DNA from: an uncultured Thiotrichales bacterium
Lineage (GTDB): Bacteria; Pseudomonadota; Gammaproteobacteria; UBA4575
Direction: 5' to 3'
Assembly (NCBI GenBank): GCA_964636225.1
Contig: CAZWQM010000003.1
Span: 66,172 to 130,171, forward strand
DNA: 64,000 bases
The notes beneath the pieces are model-generated. The model saw nothing but the letters and a program-made list of their open reading frames with translations, was not told the DNA's origin and made no database searches. Numbering within the stretch: the first letter of the stretch is position 1; each line of letters starts with the position of its first letter. Of this stretch, positions 62,166 to 64,000 are shown in pieces. A program made the position numbers and the translations under genes.

Positions 62166-62216
62166 ATCCACAATATATTGGGGTTGACGGCGGATCCCAC
62201 CTCAACTTATAGTGTT
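62166..62216 (+). promoter_or_regulatory. putative NrdR operator(s) overlapping the nrdA promoter
   Basis: CCACAATATATTGGGG matches the NrdR box (acaCwAtATaTwGtgt) and is palindromic at 14 of 16 positions. A second half-site-like TTATAGTGTT lies about 35 nt downstream. TTGACG-N17-TTATAG promoter hexamers sit between them. Confidence 0.4.
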
Positions 62217-62297
62217 GGCTGCTTGGGAGGCCCTTATGCCACTCCTTTGATAACAAAAAAATCTATAAATAATCATAAAGTTCCAAGAGAGTCTTAA

Positions 62298-64000
62298 TGC
62301 AATCTAATAATACAACTACTTCCCAGGAAAACGGCCATGCCGCGCCCTTTATAGATGCCCCCAGCAATGTGGAATTACAGTCCACAGCGCCCGGTCAGTA
62401 CCGAGTGATTCGCCGTAATGGAAAAGTCACCAGTTTTGACCAAAGCAAAATCAAAATTGCTGTGACCAAGGCTTTCCTCGCTGTAGAGGGGGGCGAAGCC
62501 GCTGCATCCAAACGTGTGCATGATACCGTGGAAGTACTCAGCACTCACATCAAGAGTGCTCTCACCCGCAACAAACCAGACGGCGGCACCTTCCACATCG
62601 AAGACATTCAGGACCAGGTAGAACTTGCCCTGATGAGAGAAGGTCACCATAAGATTGCTCGTGCGTACGTGCTTTACCGCGAACGTCGCGCACAGGAACG
62701 TGCTGAGAAACGCGCGCAGGCCAATGCTTCAGAAACAAACCTGCCCGACAGCTCTGGAATCAACGTTACGGATGCTGACGGCCAGATCAAACCTCTTGAT
62801 ATTCAAAGACTTAAAGAGGTCGTTGAAGACGCTTGCCTCAACCTGGAAAGCGTATCTGCACAACCGATTATCGACGAGACACTGCGCAATCTGTATGACG
62901 GCGTTCCTGAAAAAGAAGTATCTATCGCTGTCACCATGAGTGCACGCACTCTGATTGAGCGCGAGCCCAATTACACTTTTGTGGCCGCTCGCCTGTTACT
63001 GGACAATCTGCGTCGCGAAGCCCTCAGCCACCTGCATGGCCAGCCTCGCCAGGCGACACATCAGGAAATGGACACAGAATACCCCGGTTACTTTGAGCGC
63101 TATATTGAAGAGGCGGCAAAGCTGCAACTGATCGACCCCAAACTGGCTGAAGACTACGACCTGAAAGCTCTGGGTGCCGCACTGGAACCTTCGCGTGATT
63201 ACCAGTTTACTTATTTGGGCCTGCAGACCCTTTACGACCGTTACTTTATTCATACTGAAGAAGGCACCCGCATTGAACTGCCTCAGGTATTCTTCATGCG
63301 TGTCGCCATGGGATTGGCCATTAGTGAAGTCGAACGTGAAAAACGCACTATTGAGTTTTATCGTTTACTGTCTTCATTTGATTTTATGAGTTCAACACCA
63401 ACGCTGTTTAACTCCGGAACATTACGTCCGCAACTATCTTCCTGCTACCTGACTACGGTGCCGGATGATCTTCACGGTATTTTTGATGCCGTCAAAGATG
63501 ACGCCATGCTATCAAAATTTGCTGGCGGTCTGGGCAATGACTGGTCTCGTGTGCGTGCCATGGGTTCGCACATCAAGGGCACCAATGGCAGATCTCAGGG
63601 TGTTGTGCCCTTCCTTAAAGTCGCTAACGACACTGCCGTAGCGGTCAATCAGGGCGGCAAGCGTAAAGGCGCCATGTGTGCTTATCTGGAAACATGGCAT
63701 TTAGACATTGAAGAGTTCCTCGACCTGCGCAAAAACACCGGCGATGATCGTCGACGTACTCATGATATGAATACCGCGAACTGGATTCCTGACCTGTTCA
63801 TGAAACGTGTCAACCAGCAAGGCAACTGGACATTATTCTCGCCGGACGACACTCCCGATCTGCATGATCTTTACGGCGCAGAATTCGAAGCACGCTACTG
63901 CAAGTATGAACAAATGGCTGAAGCCGGCGAGCTGAAAAATTACAAACGAATCCCCGCGAACGACTTGTGGCGCAAGATGCTAGGCATGTTGTACGAAACA
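62298..64000 (+). CDS. nrdA: ribonucleoside-diphosphate reductase alpha subunit, class Ia; the 3' end lies outside the window
   Basis: The frame is open from ATG 62298 to the window end. An ATP-cone (YRVIRRNGKVTSFDQSKI) is followed by conserved R1 blocks (NSGT...SCYL, LDIEEFLDLRKN). Confidence 0.9.

Overview
This looks like a chromosomal segment from a Gram-negative proteobacterium. The gene order is gamma/beta-proteobacterial: petABC next to sspAB, mlaFEDCB-murA-hisGDC, yrbG-kdsDC-lptCAB-rpoN-hpf-ptsN-hprK-rapZ, and mrp divergent from metG. Most of the window is tightly packed housekeeping genes. Four accessory stretches stand out. (1) nt 5200-9420: a cobalamin riboswitch, then a BtuB-like TonB-dependent receptor, a PduO-type corrinoid adenosyltransferase, a ROK fructokinase and a small membrane protein. 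(2) nt 15599-20055: a signal-peptide retropepsin-like (DTGA) protease, a large 7TM membrane protein, a RimK-like ATP-grasp ligase and a secreted COG3608 deacylase whose reading frame is broken by in-frame TAG and TAA codons. (3) nt 47216-51688: a RiPP-like cluster. It encodes a secreted peptide with seven G-K-C-G repeats, an FMN glutamate-synthase-like oxidoreductase broken by a -1 frameshift, a DoxX membrane protein, a DUF692 (MNIO, MbnB/HvfB-like) enzyme and a DUF2063 (MbnC/HvfC-like) partner. I rate this cluster the most interesting system in the window. (4) nt 3472-4182: a VPLPA-CTERM (PEP-CTERM variant) secreted protein interrupted by an in-frame TGA. I found no rRNA, tRNA, CRISPR array, transposase or integrase. 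All calls come from reading the supplied translations and DNA by eye. Homology statements rest on remembered family signatures, not on database searches.
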